IMG/VR virus record: IMGVR_UViG_3300028920_000027
Location: 1-64,000 of that record
Strand: one strand, 5' to 3'
Source of the DNA: a virus
Length of the DNA: 64,000 nt
Positions 26,508 to 36,230 of the stretch are shown here, in pieces. Within the stretch, counting starts at the first letter, position 1. Every line of letters begins with the position of its first letter. A model generated the notes under the pieces. It did no database searches and was not told the DNA's origin. It worked only from the letters and a program-made list of their open reading frames with translations. Position numbers and translations under genes: made by a program.

Positions 26508-27746
26508 TTAGGAAAAGTGGTCGCTCACGTCAGGAGCCGAGTTCCAAAGTCCCGAAAGCTGGTCGACATCGTTGCCGCTGGCGGACTGACCCGCAGGGGT
26601 TCCGGAGCTTCCAATCTTCGAGACACCGCTCGTGGGGCGAGTGCCCACGGTACGGGTGGATGCAGTGTGCACGCCGGGGGCGGCGGGCTGGACAAGGGTA
26701 CCGTTCTCAATGGCCGCCGCCTTGGTGGCAGCCTGGACTTCACCGTTGCTCGCAAACAGGCTGGTGAGCACAGCGTCTTCCGGCCCCAGGTCAACCTCAC
26801 CCACGTCCATCGTCGGGGAGTCGATCATGATATCGTCGTCCATGGCTTCGAGGGCCATCTCGTCGTCCATGGCTTCAGGAGTCATTCCGTCACCACACGC
26901 CATGTCGTCCATCAACGCGGCTTCGAGGTCGTCGTCCATCGCCAGGGGGCTACCACCCTGGGAGAACGCTGTGCTGTCCTGGCTCGCCTGGGGCTGACCC
27001 TGAGCAGCTGCGATCTCGGCTCGAACCATCGACCGCAGCTCCTCGGCGAACTGTGTCATGTTGCCCGTCTTGGCAGCGTCGAACGCCTTCTTGAACTGCG
27101 GGGGTACTTCACCCTTCTTGGACTTGTCGCCATCATCCTTGGACTTGTCGCCATCATCCTTGGACTTGTCGCCATCATCCTTGGACTTGTCGCCATCATC
27201 CTTGGACTTGTCGCCATCATCCTTGTCACCCTCACCCTTCTTGGGCGCGGCGGCGGCGGTCTTGTCACCGTCATCATCGTCATCGTCACCACCCTCGTCT
27301 GCTCCGGTCTGATTCAGAGTCGCTAGACGGTTGTGAGTCTCAATGAGGTTGAGGTCGGGCATGTCCATGAATGCAAGCGCCTGCTCTTCGACCGCTGCTT
27401 CGGTAGCCCGTGTACCGAGCATCCAGCGCGCTGTGCGCGTGGCCACGCTAGCCTTCTTCTCGATGGTCTCGTCGTCGAGGCCAGCGGTCTTGAAGGTGTC
27501 GGCACGGAACTCAGGCTGCCCGATCTCGTTACGACGAGTCTGGCCACCTGCCTGCTCTGCCTTCCAGGTGCCTGCCGGCGGATGCACGTCTTCAGCAAAC
27601 TCGCTTGGGCCACCAATGACGTAGTCACCTGCCCCCGGCTGCTTGGAGAGGTGGTCTTGGTTCATGGCGCGAGGATCTTCCGCCGTGCGGAGATTCGCCG
27701 CCTTGGTGCGGATGACATCTCGGTTCCAGGTGGTGCGCTCGCGCAT
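26508..27746 (-). CDS. Putative scaffolding protein
   Basis: 412 aa, acidic and low-complexity, located between the protease and decoration/MCP genes. Confidence 0.7.
   Translation of the reverse strand: MRERTTWNRDVIRTKAANLRTAEDPRAMNQDHLSKQPGAGDYVIGGPSEFAEDVHPPAGTWKAEQAGGQTRRNEIGQPEFRADTFKTAGLDDETIEKKASVATRTARWMLGTRATEAAVEEQALAFMDMPDLNLIETHNRLATLNQTGADEGGDDDDDDGDKTAAAAPKKGEGDKDDGDKSKDDGDKSKDDGDKSKDDGDKSKDDGDKSKKGEVPPQFKKAFDAAKTGNMTQFAEELRSMVRAEIAAAQGQPQASQDSTAFSQGGSPLAMDDDLEAALMDDMACGDGMTPEAMDDEMALEAMDDDIMIDSPTMDVGEVDLGPEDAVLTSLFASNGEVQAATKAAAIENGTLVQPAAPGVHTASTRTVGTRPTSGVSKIGSSGTPAGQSASGNDVDQLSGLWNSAPDVSDHFS
27117..27221. repeat. 21-bp perfect tandem repeat x5 (DDGDKSK)
   Basis: cttggacttgtcgccatcatc repeated five times. 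Confidence 0.95.
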
Positions 27747-27779
27747 TTTGATACCCTTTCCTTGCCCTTCAGTTGGCGT

Positions 27780-27788
27780 ATAAACAGA
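27780..27788 (-). promoter_or_regulatory. Candidate late-promoter motif TCTGTTTAT
   Basis: Intergenic, 33 nt upstream of scaffold ATG 27746. Confidence 0.55.
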
Positions 27789-27796
27789 ATCGCGAT

Positions 27797-29284
27797 TCAG
27801 GAGCTACCAAGGTCGTAGAGGCGCCCCTTGGCGATTAGAGCGTCCGCCTCGGACACGGTTGGGGTTCGACCCATTGCGCGTCGGCAAGCCGCCATGTACC
27901 CATTCTCATCTGCATATGCGGCTACCCCGCCCACTGCGAGAACCGTCCGATAGACGTCTTGCTCCGTGGGCAGCCGGGGTTGACCGGTGAACTCGTCGAC
28001 ATACCTCGACAGGGCCAGCATCGAACGCGGCGTGAAGGCACGCGCCATGCGGACCCGGTTCCACCCACCATGGTGGTAGAGAAACAGCCCCCACAGCAGG
28101 TGGGACAGCACCTTGCGGTCTGACACCTTGCGACCCAAGCGAAGAGCCACTTTCTGCCACCGAGGATCGACCGTTGCCGTACGGAGCGCTGCTTCCTTGG
28201 TCAAGGTCTCGTTCAAGTTGGAGTCGAGAATAGTGGACTCTGGACCCTTGATCTCATCACGAAGCTTGCGGACCGCACGATCTCGAAGCGCCTCGGCAAT
28301 CTCGTTGACTGCCTTGTCGAATGGTGCGTCTTCAGCAGGCTTTTTGGCCTCTCCACCGCCCTCATCGCCATCGGGCCCGCCGAAATCGAAGGCCAATGAA
28401 CGTGCCCGGTTGGCAGCACGTGACATGAGGTCAGGGTTGGTGACCCTTGGAATCTGACTAAAGGCCACCTGAATCCGCGATCCCATCATGGCCGCTTCTT
28501 GAGGGGTCAGGATGTTGCGGAGAACAGCTCCCGTGAAAGCAGGGTTGGCAACCCAGCTCGCCTCAATGAAACGCACACTGCCGGGCTCGTCTATCAAGTG
28601 ACCGCACAGCTCGGCAATCTTGCGCTGCTTGCCTAGCCCATCGAGGAAAAGATTGCCCTTCTGGTACTTGATGTGGCCGCAGAGCTGTGTCTCGTCCTCG
28701 GCAACATTGCCACATTTGGTGCACGTCGTGTGAGTAACCTGGCACCCCATACTCAACGTCTTCAGCTGCTCCTTTTGGATGGCAGCGATCAACGGACGGT
28801 GCCTGAGATCAGTGGCAACGAGAATGTCGACGTAGATGGAGTCCCCAATGTCGCGGGCAGCGGCATCAATGATTTTGCCCTTTGACATCTCGGGCACCTG
28901 AAGGTGTTCGACGTAGTTCTCACCACCAACGAAGGTACGGAAGCAGGCCAGTAGAAGTCGGCGCTCCCAACAGTCGTTGTTGTTGTTGATGTACTTGCTC
29001 GTCTCGGGGGTGACGTAGTAGTCCGCAAACCGGCGGTTGACCTGGAATCCATTGTCCATCTGCCGACCGAGCTGCCCCGGACCATTCTCAGTATCGACTG
29101 AGGCCACGATGGTACAGTGGCTGAGCAGATACTGATCCGGGTGGAATCGCCGAAGCGCCCCCGAAGCGTTGCGCTCGTTGAAGTGCCCGCCTGCTACGGT
29201 CGCTGCATGGAGAACCTCATCCCAAGCCGCGCGGCTGATGGCGGGCTTGACGAGGGTTGCGTCGGCAGTCTTCAGAAAAGCCAA
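27797..29284 (-). CDS. Prohead maturation protease (HK97/herpes-assemblin fold) with Zn-finger insert
   Basis: YVEH..SKGKIIDA (His), TLSMGC (Ser) and FIEASWVANPAF motifs; CTKC...CGH insert; upstream of the scaffold. Confidence 0.85.
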   Translation of the reverse strand: MAFLKTADATLVKPAISRAAWDEVLHAATVAGGHFNERNASGALRRFHPDQYLLSHCTIVASVDTENGPGQLGRQMDNGFQVNRRFADYYVTPETSKYINNNNDCWERRLLLACFRTFVGGENYVEHLQVPEMSKGKIIDAAARDIGDSIYVDILVATDLRHRPLIAAIQKEQLKTLSMGCQVTHTTCTKCGNVAEDETQLCGHIKYQKGNLFLDGLGKQRKIAELCGHLIDEPGSVRFIEASWVANPAFTGAVLRNILTPQEAAMMGSRIQVAFSQIPRVTNPDLMSRAANRARSLAFDFGGPDGDEGGGEAKKPAEDAPFDKAVNEIAEALRDRAVRKLRDEIKGPESTILDSNLNETLTKEAALRTATVDPRWQKVALRLGRKVSDRKVLSHLLWGLFLYHHGGWNRVRMARAFTPRSMLALSRYVDEFTGQPRLPTEQDVYRTVLAVGGVAAYADENGYMAACRRAMGRTPTVSEADALIAKGRLYDLGSS

Positions 29285-29288
29285 AGGA

Positions 29289-30080
29289 TCACCAACTCCA
29301 GGGTTCGCCCGATGGGCCCATCACGTGGTCAGTCTTGAGCAAGTACCCGCACTCGGGACAGGACAACAGTCGAACGCGCTGACCCTCTTCATCCACCTTG
29401 TAGACGCTCTTGCGCATCAAGCCCTCACACCCACGCCGGGGACAACCAAGCTGCTTGCTCGCGAACTCCTTCTTGGTCGCCCGATGCCGACGTCCTGCAC
29501 CCGCCCAATAGGCGCCCGTGCGAATCTGCTGGTTGCGAAACATCTTCGCAGCATTGGCAGCGAAAACGTAGAACTTCTGCACCTCATCACGAAGAATGCC
29601 GTCATCGGTGTACGACGCGAACCGGTGCCACAACTCATCGTAGGCGCGGACCTCACTGGCCCCCCGATGGAAGACCCTAGCCAGCTCCATATGGAACCCA
29701 GCTGGGACTTCCGTCGTACGCCAGGGAGCCTTACGGGCTGCCTGGCGTGCGTCCCAACCGGGGTAGTACGAAAAGTCCAGCGTCGGAGGAGTGTACGCCA
29801 TGAACGAAGGATTCACGCGTACGACGTCTTCGGGAGACACGCGCTCGTTGCCAAATGGCCACTGGACGTCGAGGAACCCAATGCCAGGCAGGACCGAGGT
29901 GACCCTGCCCACATAGGGGCTCAAGTTGCCGGCCCGTGAAGGGATGTACTTCTGGACGGTGTCACCCACCTTGAAGTCACGGGTCAGCTTCCAGTAGTCA
30001 ATCATGTGCCAGTCCCCAGTTAGGTCGAACTCAGCCGTAGTGAGGAGCCAGCGGGCGACCCGAAGAGTCGATGCCTTCAC
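29289..30080 (-). CDS. Hypothetical protein with C-terminal Zn ribbon
   Basis: CPRRGC...CPECG. True start may be MIDYW at 30005, which removes the 50-nt overlap. Confidence 0.75.
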   Translation of the reverse strand: MKASTLRVARWLLTTAEFDLTGDWHMIDYWKLTRDFKVGDTVQKYIPSRAGNLSPYVGRVTSVLPGIGFLDVQWPFGNERVSPEDVVRVNPSFMAYTPPTLDFSYYPGWDARQAARKAPWRTTEVPAGFHMELARVFHRGASEVRAYDELWHRFASYTDDGILRDEVQKFYVFAANAAKMFRNQQIRTGAYWAGAGRRHRATKKEFASKQLGCPRRGCEGLMRKSVYKVDEEGQRVRLLSCPECGYLLKTDHVMGPSGEPWSW

Positions 30081-33000
30081 CCACGGCCGATGACTGGTCG
30101 TCGGAGAATTGCGTCATGTAGGGCTCGTCGGACTCCGTTTGAATGACCCCCACCGTGTTGTCGTACGCACTCATGTAGGGCTCATCGGGGTCCTGCTGCT
30201 CGACGGCGGCGGTCTTGTCGTCGCCCTTGTCGTCGTCGTCGTCCTCATCCTCCTCCTTGGCGGCCTTGAGGCCCATGACCTCGGCCTGCCGACGTACCAT
30301 CGACGCTTCGCCGAACGCCACCTTCTCGACCCTATCGGCCACCTTGTCGAGGCCCTGAACGAGGGTCTTGGCGACCTCAAAGTCCAAACCCCAGTCCTGG
30401 TAGTTGCTCTGCACCCACGCAGCCATCTTGTCGAGGCGGGTGAGGCTTTCCTCGATTACGGGGATGTCGGCCGTCGCCAGCTTGGTGCCACTCATGTCTG
30501 ATGCTCCTTGACTCGCTGTCGCTGTGAGGGTCTCCCCTCCGTACTCTTCTGGATTCTCGCCCGCGAGACGGGCTAGCAGCTTGTAGTAGAGGGTAGGGTC
30601 GACGACTCGACGTAGACCGTGCTCCTCGATGGCATAGTCGAGGGCTGCCCGTAGCTTGCCGTCCCGCGGCAGATCCTGGCTCACCCCCTCACCCAACCAC
30701 TGACGCGCTTGGCGCAACACGGAGGTAAGTAGGACCTTCTCCTCGTCTTCGAGGTCCTGAGGATTTGCCTGAGCCCACTCAGGATAGGGATCGACCGATC
30801 CTGGCTCCTGTCCGTGGTAAACGCCCTGCTTGTCGTGGGGATTGCCCATCGACTGGAAAGGGGGATAAGTAGAAATGAAGCAGGCCGCGACCCGAAGGGC
30901 CGTCCGCTCCCTCACCTTCTCGCTCAACTCCCCACCCTTGCCTGCCCAGGAGTCATACCCCACAGGTTTGGGTGGTGGCTGAGGCTCGGGCTCGTCGAAC
31001 TCTTCGAGTGGCTGGTCCCGGTACCCGCCTCCCCTACGCTTCTGTTCGTGCTTCTCCTTGCGAGCTTCCCAGTCCGTGTGCTCTTCTTCCCACGATTCCT
31101 GAGCGTTTTCATAGGCCTTGGCGTCAAGCTCGACAAGCGTCTTGCGTACCTCGTCGTACTTTTCACTATCCAGGTCACGAAGCTTGGCGAGCACCTGGGT
31201 CCGCAGCATCGTCGCGGCACCATAGTTCGGTGACGACGGGTAGGTTGACAAGCGACGATCCTCCATGTCTTCGGACAGCTTCGACAGACGCTTGGCAATG
31301 GCGCTGGCCGAATCCCGCTCGCTGATCGCATCAGGCCCTTCAAACAAGCCTTCCCGCGCCTCGTAGTAGTCGGCTGCCTGTACGAACCCCGCCAGCGCCG
31401 TCGCGCCGCCGGTCCCCTTCAGGGCATCCATCGTTTTGGCAATCTGACGTTTCACAGGTGGGACTCTCCCAGATTCCATAGCAGCTTCAAACAGTTGCCT
31501 GCCTAATGACTCGGCCTGCTCGGGACTCCTGCTGCTCAACGCCATGCGCGCCACGGCCTCTGACACTTCCTCAGGGATGCCAGCTCCCATGACCTTGACC
31601 GCGATGTTGCTCTGAGCCGCGAGACTCAACCCGACAACCTGCATCTGGTGCTGACGGTATGCCTCGGCTTTCTCACTGTCAGACAGCTCGTCAAAGGGGA
31701 CCTCATGGCCACCCTTCTCCCACGTCTTGGGTGGCTTCACTCGGTCAGGATTGACCTCGAAGTAGTCGATTTTTTCTACGTACTGGCGCACGTTCTTGAC
31801 CTTGATGCGCCCAGACTCAAACGTAGAAACTAGAGACTTGAGGTCTTGGGGATGATACCCCCGCTCAAGTAGCCGACGAGCGCCAGCCTCCCCAAAGGCA
31901 TCCGTAGCCTGGTGGAGAGCTTCTTCAACCTCGGCGCGCTGAACTGGGGGGCGCGCCGGACTCTTGATCTTCAGCTGCTTGGCAACGGGCTTGTCTGAAT
32001 CAGGCTTGTCAAGGTCACGTTGCAGCTCGTCGAGCTTCTTGCTCAACTCGGTTTCACCCTTCGCCAACTCCGCCTTAAGCTTCTTTTCAGCGTCTTTGGC
32101 TTCCCTCAGCTTTTCCTGGGCTTCTTCGACCTTCTTGACTTTACCGTCGCTATAATCCTTAACAACCCTCTCGATGACCCCTACCTGGGTGCCCACCGCT
32201 TCTGTGATGGGGTTGTTGGGAAGAAGACTCGCGAACTCTGAAACAATGCCCTTGAGGGAATCGTAGACAGCACCCAGGTTCTCGACGAACTTCTTGAAGT
32301 CATCGCTCGTTGTGTCAACCAAATCCCCTTCCATGTCGGGAAGATCCGGAACTTCAGGAGACTGCTTGATCTTCTCGACTAAGTCCGCGAGGGCTTTACG
32401 CTCATCGTCTTGACCCTTGTCTTCTTGACCCTTGTCTTCTTGACCCTTGTCTTCTTCCCCTAGCGTACCACCTTCATCTGGCTCATCTTCGTCTGACTCA
32501 TCAGACTCACCCCCCTCATTGGGCTCATTGTCACTGACTTCATCGGGCTCGAGCTCACTCTTCTCAGTAGGCACGTTTCCGTCGGGATAGAAATCCTCAA
32601 CCCACTCCTCGACGGTGTACCCAGTAGGGTCGTCTTCTGGTTCACTCCCCTCGGGCTTCTTGGAATCAAGAATCTCTCGCAACTCGTCAGGCGTGAAGTT
32701 GCCGACTCCTGGGATCGTGACCTTACCGACCGTGTCTTCTTCCCCACCCTCATCGGGCTCGTAGGAATCCGCACGGTCGATGGCCGCCTCGATGGCTGCC
32801 TCGATGTCGTTGGGGCCCATCTTGTCTTCGATGTCCTGACGAGTGTTCCAGTCGTCCCACGCCTGCCAGTTTTTCTCGGCTTCTTCGATCTCTTGCTCGA
32901 CGTGGCGCCGCTGAGCATCGGACAATTCACCCTTGGGCTTCTCTTTCGAGCCGCCCTCTCCCTCCTTGGGCTCGTCCTGCGCGGGCTCGTTGGGAACTGA

Positions 33001-33390
33001 AGTTTCCTCTTCGTCCTCAATGGGCTCGTACTTACCCGATTCCTCTTCGAGGGTCTTGGGACTGATGGAAACCACCTTCCCAGTCTCCTTGCTCCGGGCT
33101 GGGATGCGCTCGCCACCGCGAGCCATGAGGTACCGGTAGGTCACCCGCGCCACCGTGCGAGCCTCGATGTAGCGTCGAGCCACCGCGCAGGCGCTGCCCC
33201 CGATTGTCTTGTAGTTCTTGGACAAGTCGGGGTCAGAATCCTTGTCCGGATCGGTATCCTTGTCGGGGTCCACCCGATTACGCCGCCGATCATGGCGCGG
33301 AGGCTTTTGCTTGGGCGCAGGACGCACCAGTCGCTCAGACTCCTCGTCCTCGCGTTCTGGCTTGGTCTTGGTGCTCCAAATGCGACGCAT
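30031..33390 (-). CDS. Large acidic head-associated protein (possible nested/fused ORFs)
   Basis: 1119 aa between portal and protease; acidic low-complexity segment with (QEDKG)x3; internal in-frame start signals at 30849 and 30495. Confidence 0.75.
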   Translation of the reverse strand: MRRIWSTKTKPEREDEESERLVRPAPKQKPPRHDRRRNRVDPDKDTDPDKDSDPDLSKNYKTIGGSACAVARRYIEARTVARVTYRYLMARGGERIPARSKETGKVVSISPKTLEEESGKYEPIEDEEETSVPNEPAQDEPKEGEGGSKEKPKGELSDAQRRHVEQEIEEAEKNWQAWDDWNTRQDIEDKMGPNDIEAAIEAAIDRADSYEPDEGGEEDTVGKVTIPGVGNFTPDELREILDSKKPEGSEPEDDPTGYTVEEWVEDFYPDGNVPTEKSELEPDEVSDNEPNEGGESDESDEDEPDEGGTLGEEDKGQEDKGQEDKGQDDERKALADLVEKIKQSPEVPDLPDMEGDLVDTTSDDFKKFVENLGAVYDSLKGIVSEFASLLPNNPITEAVGTQVGVIERVVKDYSDGKVKKVEEAQEKLREAKDAEKKLKAELAKGETELSKKLDELQRDLDKPDSDKPVAKQLKIKSPARPPVQRAEVEEALHQATDAFGEAGARRLLERGYHPQDLKSLVSTFESGRIKVKNVRQYVEKIDYFEVNPDRVKPPKTWEKGGHEVPFDELSDSEKAEAYRQHQMQVVGLSLAAQSNIAVKVMGAGIPEEVSEAVARMALSSRSPEQAESLGRQLFEAAMESGRVPPVKRQIAKTMDALKGTGGATALAGFVQAADYYEAREGLFEGPDAISERDSASAIAKRLSKLSEDMEDRRLSTYPSSPNYGAATMLRTQVLAKLRDLDSEKYDEVRKTLVELDAKAYENAQESWEEEHTDWEARKEKHEQKRRGGGYRDQPLEEFDEPEPQPPPKPVGYDSWAGKGGELSEKVRERTALRVAACFISTYPPFQSMGNPHDKQGVYHGQEPGSVDPYPEWAQANPQDLEDEEKVLLTSVLRQARQWLGEGVSQDLPRDGKLRAALDYAIEEHGLRRVVDPTLYYKLLARLAGENPEEYGGETLTATASQGASDMSGTKLATADIPVIEESLTRLDKMAAWVQSNYQDWGLDFEVAKTLVQGLDKVADRVEKVAFGEASMVRRQAEVMGLKAAKEEDEDDDDDKGDDKTAAVEQQDPDEPYMSAYDNTVGVIQTESDEPYMTQFSDDQSSAVGEGIDSSGRPLAPHYG
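30865..30873 (-). promoter_or_regulatory. Candidate late-promoter motif TCTACTTAT inside a CDS
   Basis: 15 nt upstream of in-frame ATG 30849, nearly the same spacing as 45852 and 33407. Confidence 0.4.
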
Positions 33391-33406
33391 ACGCTAGAGC
33401 GAACGC

Positions 33407-33415
33407 ATAAGCTCA
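33407..33415 (-). promoter_or_regulatory. Weak late-motif candidate TGAGCTTAT
   Basis: Intergenic, 16 nt upstream of ATG 33390. Confidence 0.35.
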
Positions 33416-33418
33416 GTT

Positions 33419-35251
33419 TCAGAAGCGGCCGCCACCTTCGTCGTCCGAAGTGGGAGCCATCTTCAATTTGAGGTACTCCGCGATCCTCTCGACCAAATCG
33501 GTCTTCTCGGCCAGTGTCCTGCCCACCTCACTGTAGACAGAACGCATCACCTCGTTGAAAGTCGCGTCGTTGACTGTGAACATGTCGGCTTCGAGCTTCC
33601 TGCGCGTGTCCTCTGGATCGATGTTCAACAGCTCCAGGAGCAAATCGATGCTGATCGAGCCCTTCTGGTACAAATTGAACAGCTGGTCATAAGTGTCCTG
33701 GCTGTCCCGCAGCGGAAGGCGCGTGAAGCTCAGACGAGGGAATAGCACGACCTCCTGGCCCCACTCATCCAGCTCGACGAAACCCATGCGGCGGGCTACC
33801 GGCTTGAACAACTGATCCTCAACGAACTCCTGGATGATCTCGCGAAGGTGAAGGTACCGTTGGTTGATCACCTCCAGCTTGAGTCGATCACCACTGTAGA
33901 GGGCCTCACCGCTCATCAATGATTCGGTGACCCCCAGGCCCGAGATCAATCGACGCTCGGTTTGCTCATACTCACCCTGAAGGTCGAGTAGTCGGTCCCG
34001 GGCACCCATCTCTTCCCAACGAATCTCGTAGTTGGCGACGATCGAGTAGTCAGGGTCGACCAGGGCTAGGTCCACCTGTTCGCGCAAGTCCTCGACGTCA
34101 GCATCAGACAAGCCCTCGGCCCACACGATGCGTTTGGGTGTCATAGCGCGCGAGGCAATCGACGTCTGCGCCTGCCGTAGTTTGTCACGGTAGATGAGGG
34201 TCCTCAGACAACGTTGAAGAATGCTGTGCCCAAGCGGGGAATCTGCACTCTTCCGACCTGAAACGATAGCAACGAACGAGCCCTCGTCGGGGTCGGTCCC
34301 CAGCGGAATGAAGCGACCACTTCGGATATGCTCACGAACTTCCTGAGGGATGTCCTCAACCATATCTTGAGCGTCCAAATCACCCATCTCGGCCTTCTGC
34401 ACGAGCGACCGATCCCGCTCACTCGGAATCAACTCGACCTTCACCCGATCACTGAAGTCGAAACTCGTGAGCTTGACGTGATCAATAGGCAAGACCACCA
34501 GACGAGACCACCCCTTGTAGTTCTTCTGGTAGTGCAGGAACTCCTGCTGTTCCTTGTCCGGCTGGGCCACGCGAACGCGGACGGGCCGCTCTACGGGGGT
34601 GCCGTCGTCAAGGATGACCGAAGCCGTCCGAACCTCGGTAGAATACCCCAGGTTCTCGGGGATCGGGACCTCACTATCCTCGGCGAACACCGCCACGGAG
34701 CCGTCCAACCAGTAGTGGTGGACGATCGTAATGAGCCGCTGGAACAGCTTGGTCTGCTTGCACATCCGCTCGAAGCGGTCGAGAATGTAGCGACCGTAGT
34801 CGTGGGGATCCTTGAACCCCTCCGGTGCCAGGCGCGGCTTGGGGGCGGCGAGGCGAGTTTTTGACAACGGCAACTCCGTGTGCAGGTCGATAGCCTGCCC
34901 CACCAGCTCGTCGTTGTTGTAGAAGTGCCGGAAGATCTCGCGCTGTTCACGCAAGCTCTGAGGCAGCTCCAGAAAGTCCTTCGAGAGCTGAACACTGAAG
35001 AAGTCCTGGGTTGCTGATCCAATGGTGTTGCTGCCGAAGGATCCCCCACCATAACCCATCCCGAGGCCAAGCCCCCCCTCGCCAAGGGTCGGGGAACACG
35101 CGGCCTCCCGCATCTGCTGGCGAGCAAGGCGCTCCTTGTATGTCAGATTCGAGTATGAGCCCTGCGAGACGTAGGGTCTCGTGGTCCGCACCATGACGTT
35201 ACTTGGCGGAGTCCACTGAGGGGAAACGTTGCTGTGCCGGCGCCTAGGCAT
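33419..35251 (-). CDS. Portal protein
   Basis: 610 aa between terminase and head genes. FRHFYNNDELVGQAIDLH, SPLGHSILQRCLRTLIYRDKLRQAQ, ISGLGVTESL pattern is typical of portals. Confidence 0.85.
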   Translation of the reverse strand: MPRRRHSNVSPQWTPPSNVMVRTTRPYVSQGSYSNLTYKERLARQQMREAACSPTLGEGGLGLGMGYGGGSFGSNTIGSATQDFFSVQLSKDFLELPQSLREQREIFRHFYNNDELVGQAIDLHTELPLSKTRLAAPKPRLAPEGFKDPHDYGRYILDRFERMCKQTKLFQRLITIVHHYWLDGSVAVFAEDSEVPIPENLGYSTEVRTASVILDDGTPVERPVRVRVAQPDKEQQEFLHYQKNYKGWSRLVVLPIDHVKLTSFDFSDRVKVELIPSERDRSLVQKAEMGDLDAQDMVEDIPQEVREHIRSGRFIPLGTDPDEGSFVAIVSGRKSADSPLGHSILQRCLRTLIYRDKLRQAQTSIASRAMTPKRIVWAEGLSDADVEDLREQVDLALVDPDYSIVANYEIRWEEMGARDRLLDLQGEYEQTERRLISGLGVTESLMSGEALYSGDRLKLEVINQRYLHLREIIQEFVEDQLFKPVARRMGFVELDEWGQEVVLFPRLSFTRLPLRDSQDTYDQLFNLYQKGSISIDLLLELLNIDPEDTRRKLEADMFTVNDATFNEVMRSVYSEVGRTLAEKTDLVERIAEYLKLKMAPTSDDEGGGRF

Positions 35252-35711
35252 TCACCACCTCCCCGTACACTTCGTCAAAGTCATCACCCTCCGACCCTTG
35301 AAGGCTGAGTGTTGTCTGGGCCTTCCGCTCCATCTCACGCTGCTGAAGCTGTTGTCGAAGCTGCTCGTCCTGTTGCTCACGTTCGAGACGAGCTGCTTTG
35401 GAACTAATAAGCGCGCGGTCCGCAGCGGTCATGCGGCGGAAGCCGTTACCCAGAGCGCCCGCGAGACGTAGGTGTTGATTGGCAAATGCAACGAGAGCCT
35501 GCCCGTCCTCATCCCCGCGCAAGTTCCGCCGCACGTAGGCGCGAAGGGCATCACTCTTCTCGACCAGTTTGGCCAGGCCAGATTCCAACTCACCTCGAAG
35601 CTGCCTGATCTCTTCGATCATGGTGTTGGCAGCGGACGCACGTCGCCTGCGCAATTCGTCTTCGTGGCGCCGAACCGCCTCAATGTGTTGCAGCTCGTCC
35701 TGACCTGGCAT
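35244..35711 (-). CDS. Coiled-coil hypothetical protein
   Basis: 155 aa helical; short overlap with the portal start. Confidence 0.7.
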   Translation of the reverse strand: MPGQDELQHIEAVRRHEDELRRRRASAANTMIEEIRQLRGELESGLAKLVEKSDALRAYVRRNLRGDEDGQALVAFANQHLRLAGALGNGFRRMTAADRALISSKAARLEREQQDEQLRQQLQQREMERKAQTTLSLQGSEGDDFDEVYGEVVNA

Positions 35712-35714
35712 GGA

Positions 35715-36230
35715 TCACATCGCTGTCTGTATCCCGAGAAACAAGGAGTTTGTCGATTTCGGGACCTGGGCCACATAACCGGCCACCTGCGCAGGGGCCT
35801 CAGAATCGCCGCTGAGCGTCAGTTCGTCTTCAGGGGTCCACAGGCCCCGAAGACTCAAGAAAAGCTCCTGGTTGGGCGTGTAGACGAGCGGGACGAGAGG
35901 CCCAGCGAGACGTGAGGCATAGGTGTACTGCTCGTAGCTCGTGGTTCCCATAAGCGCGGCCCCAAACAACATCGTCGCGAACTGGTAATGGAGTTGATTC
36001 CGGGCCATCGCCGCGAAGTCGTCTCCTTCCTCATCGGAGCCCCACACCAGAAAACCAGCGTATCGACCCCGCGAGTAGCTGACGATGAACTCGTCGCTGC
36101 TCGATGCTACCCACTGGACTCCCTGACCACCGGGCCAACCCCCTGTCACCATCGCCTGGTCCACGACTACGGGGAACGAGTCGTCCTTGTACCAAACGAC
36201 GCAATCTCGGCTACGGAAGATCTCGGGCAT
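35715..36230 (-). CDS. Decoration-protein-like paralog 1
   Basis: 171 aa; clear tandem paralog of 36230-36745; shares C-terminal pattern with 25779-26408. Confidence 0.7.
   Translation of the reverse strand: MPEIFRSRDCVVWYKDDSFPVVVDQAMVTGGWPGGQGVQWVASSSDEFIVSYSRGRYAGFLVWGSDEEGDDFAAMARNQLHYQFATMLFGAALMGTTSYEQYTYASRLAGPLVPLVYTPNQELFLSLRGLWTPEDELTLSGDSEAPAQVAGYVAQVPKSTNSLFLGIQTAM

Noticed and set aside
27117-27221. Tandem repeats as a possible CRISPR array
   Set aside because: Units are contiguous with no unique spacers, are multiples of 3 bp and lie in frame within CDSs. The same holds for 13300, 21981, 32410 and 62091.
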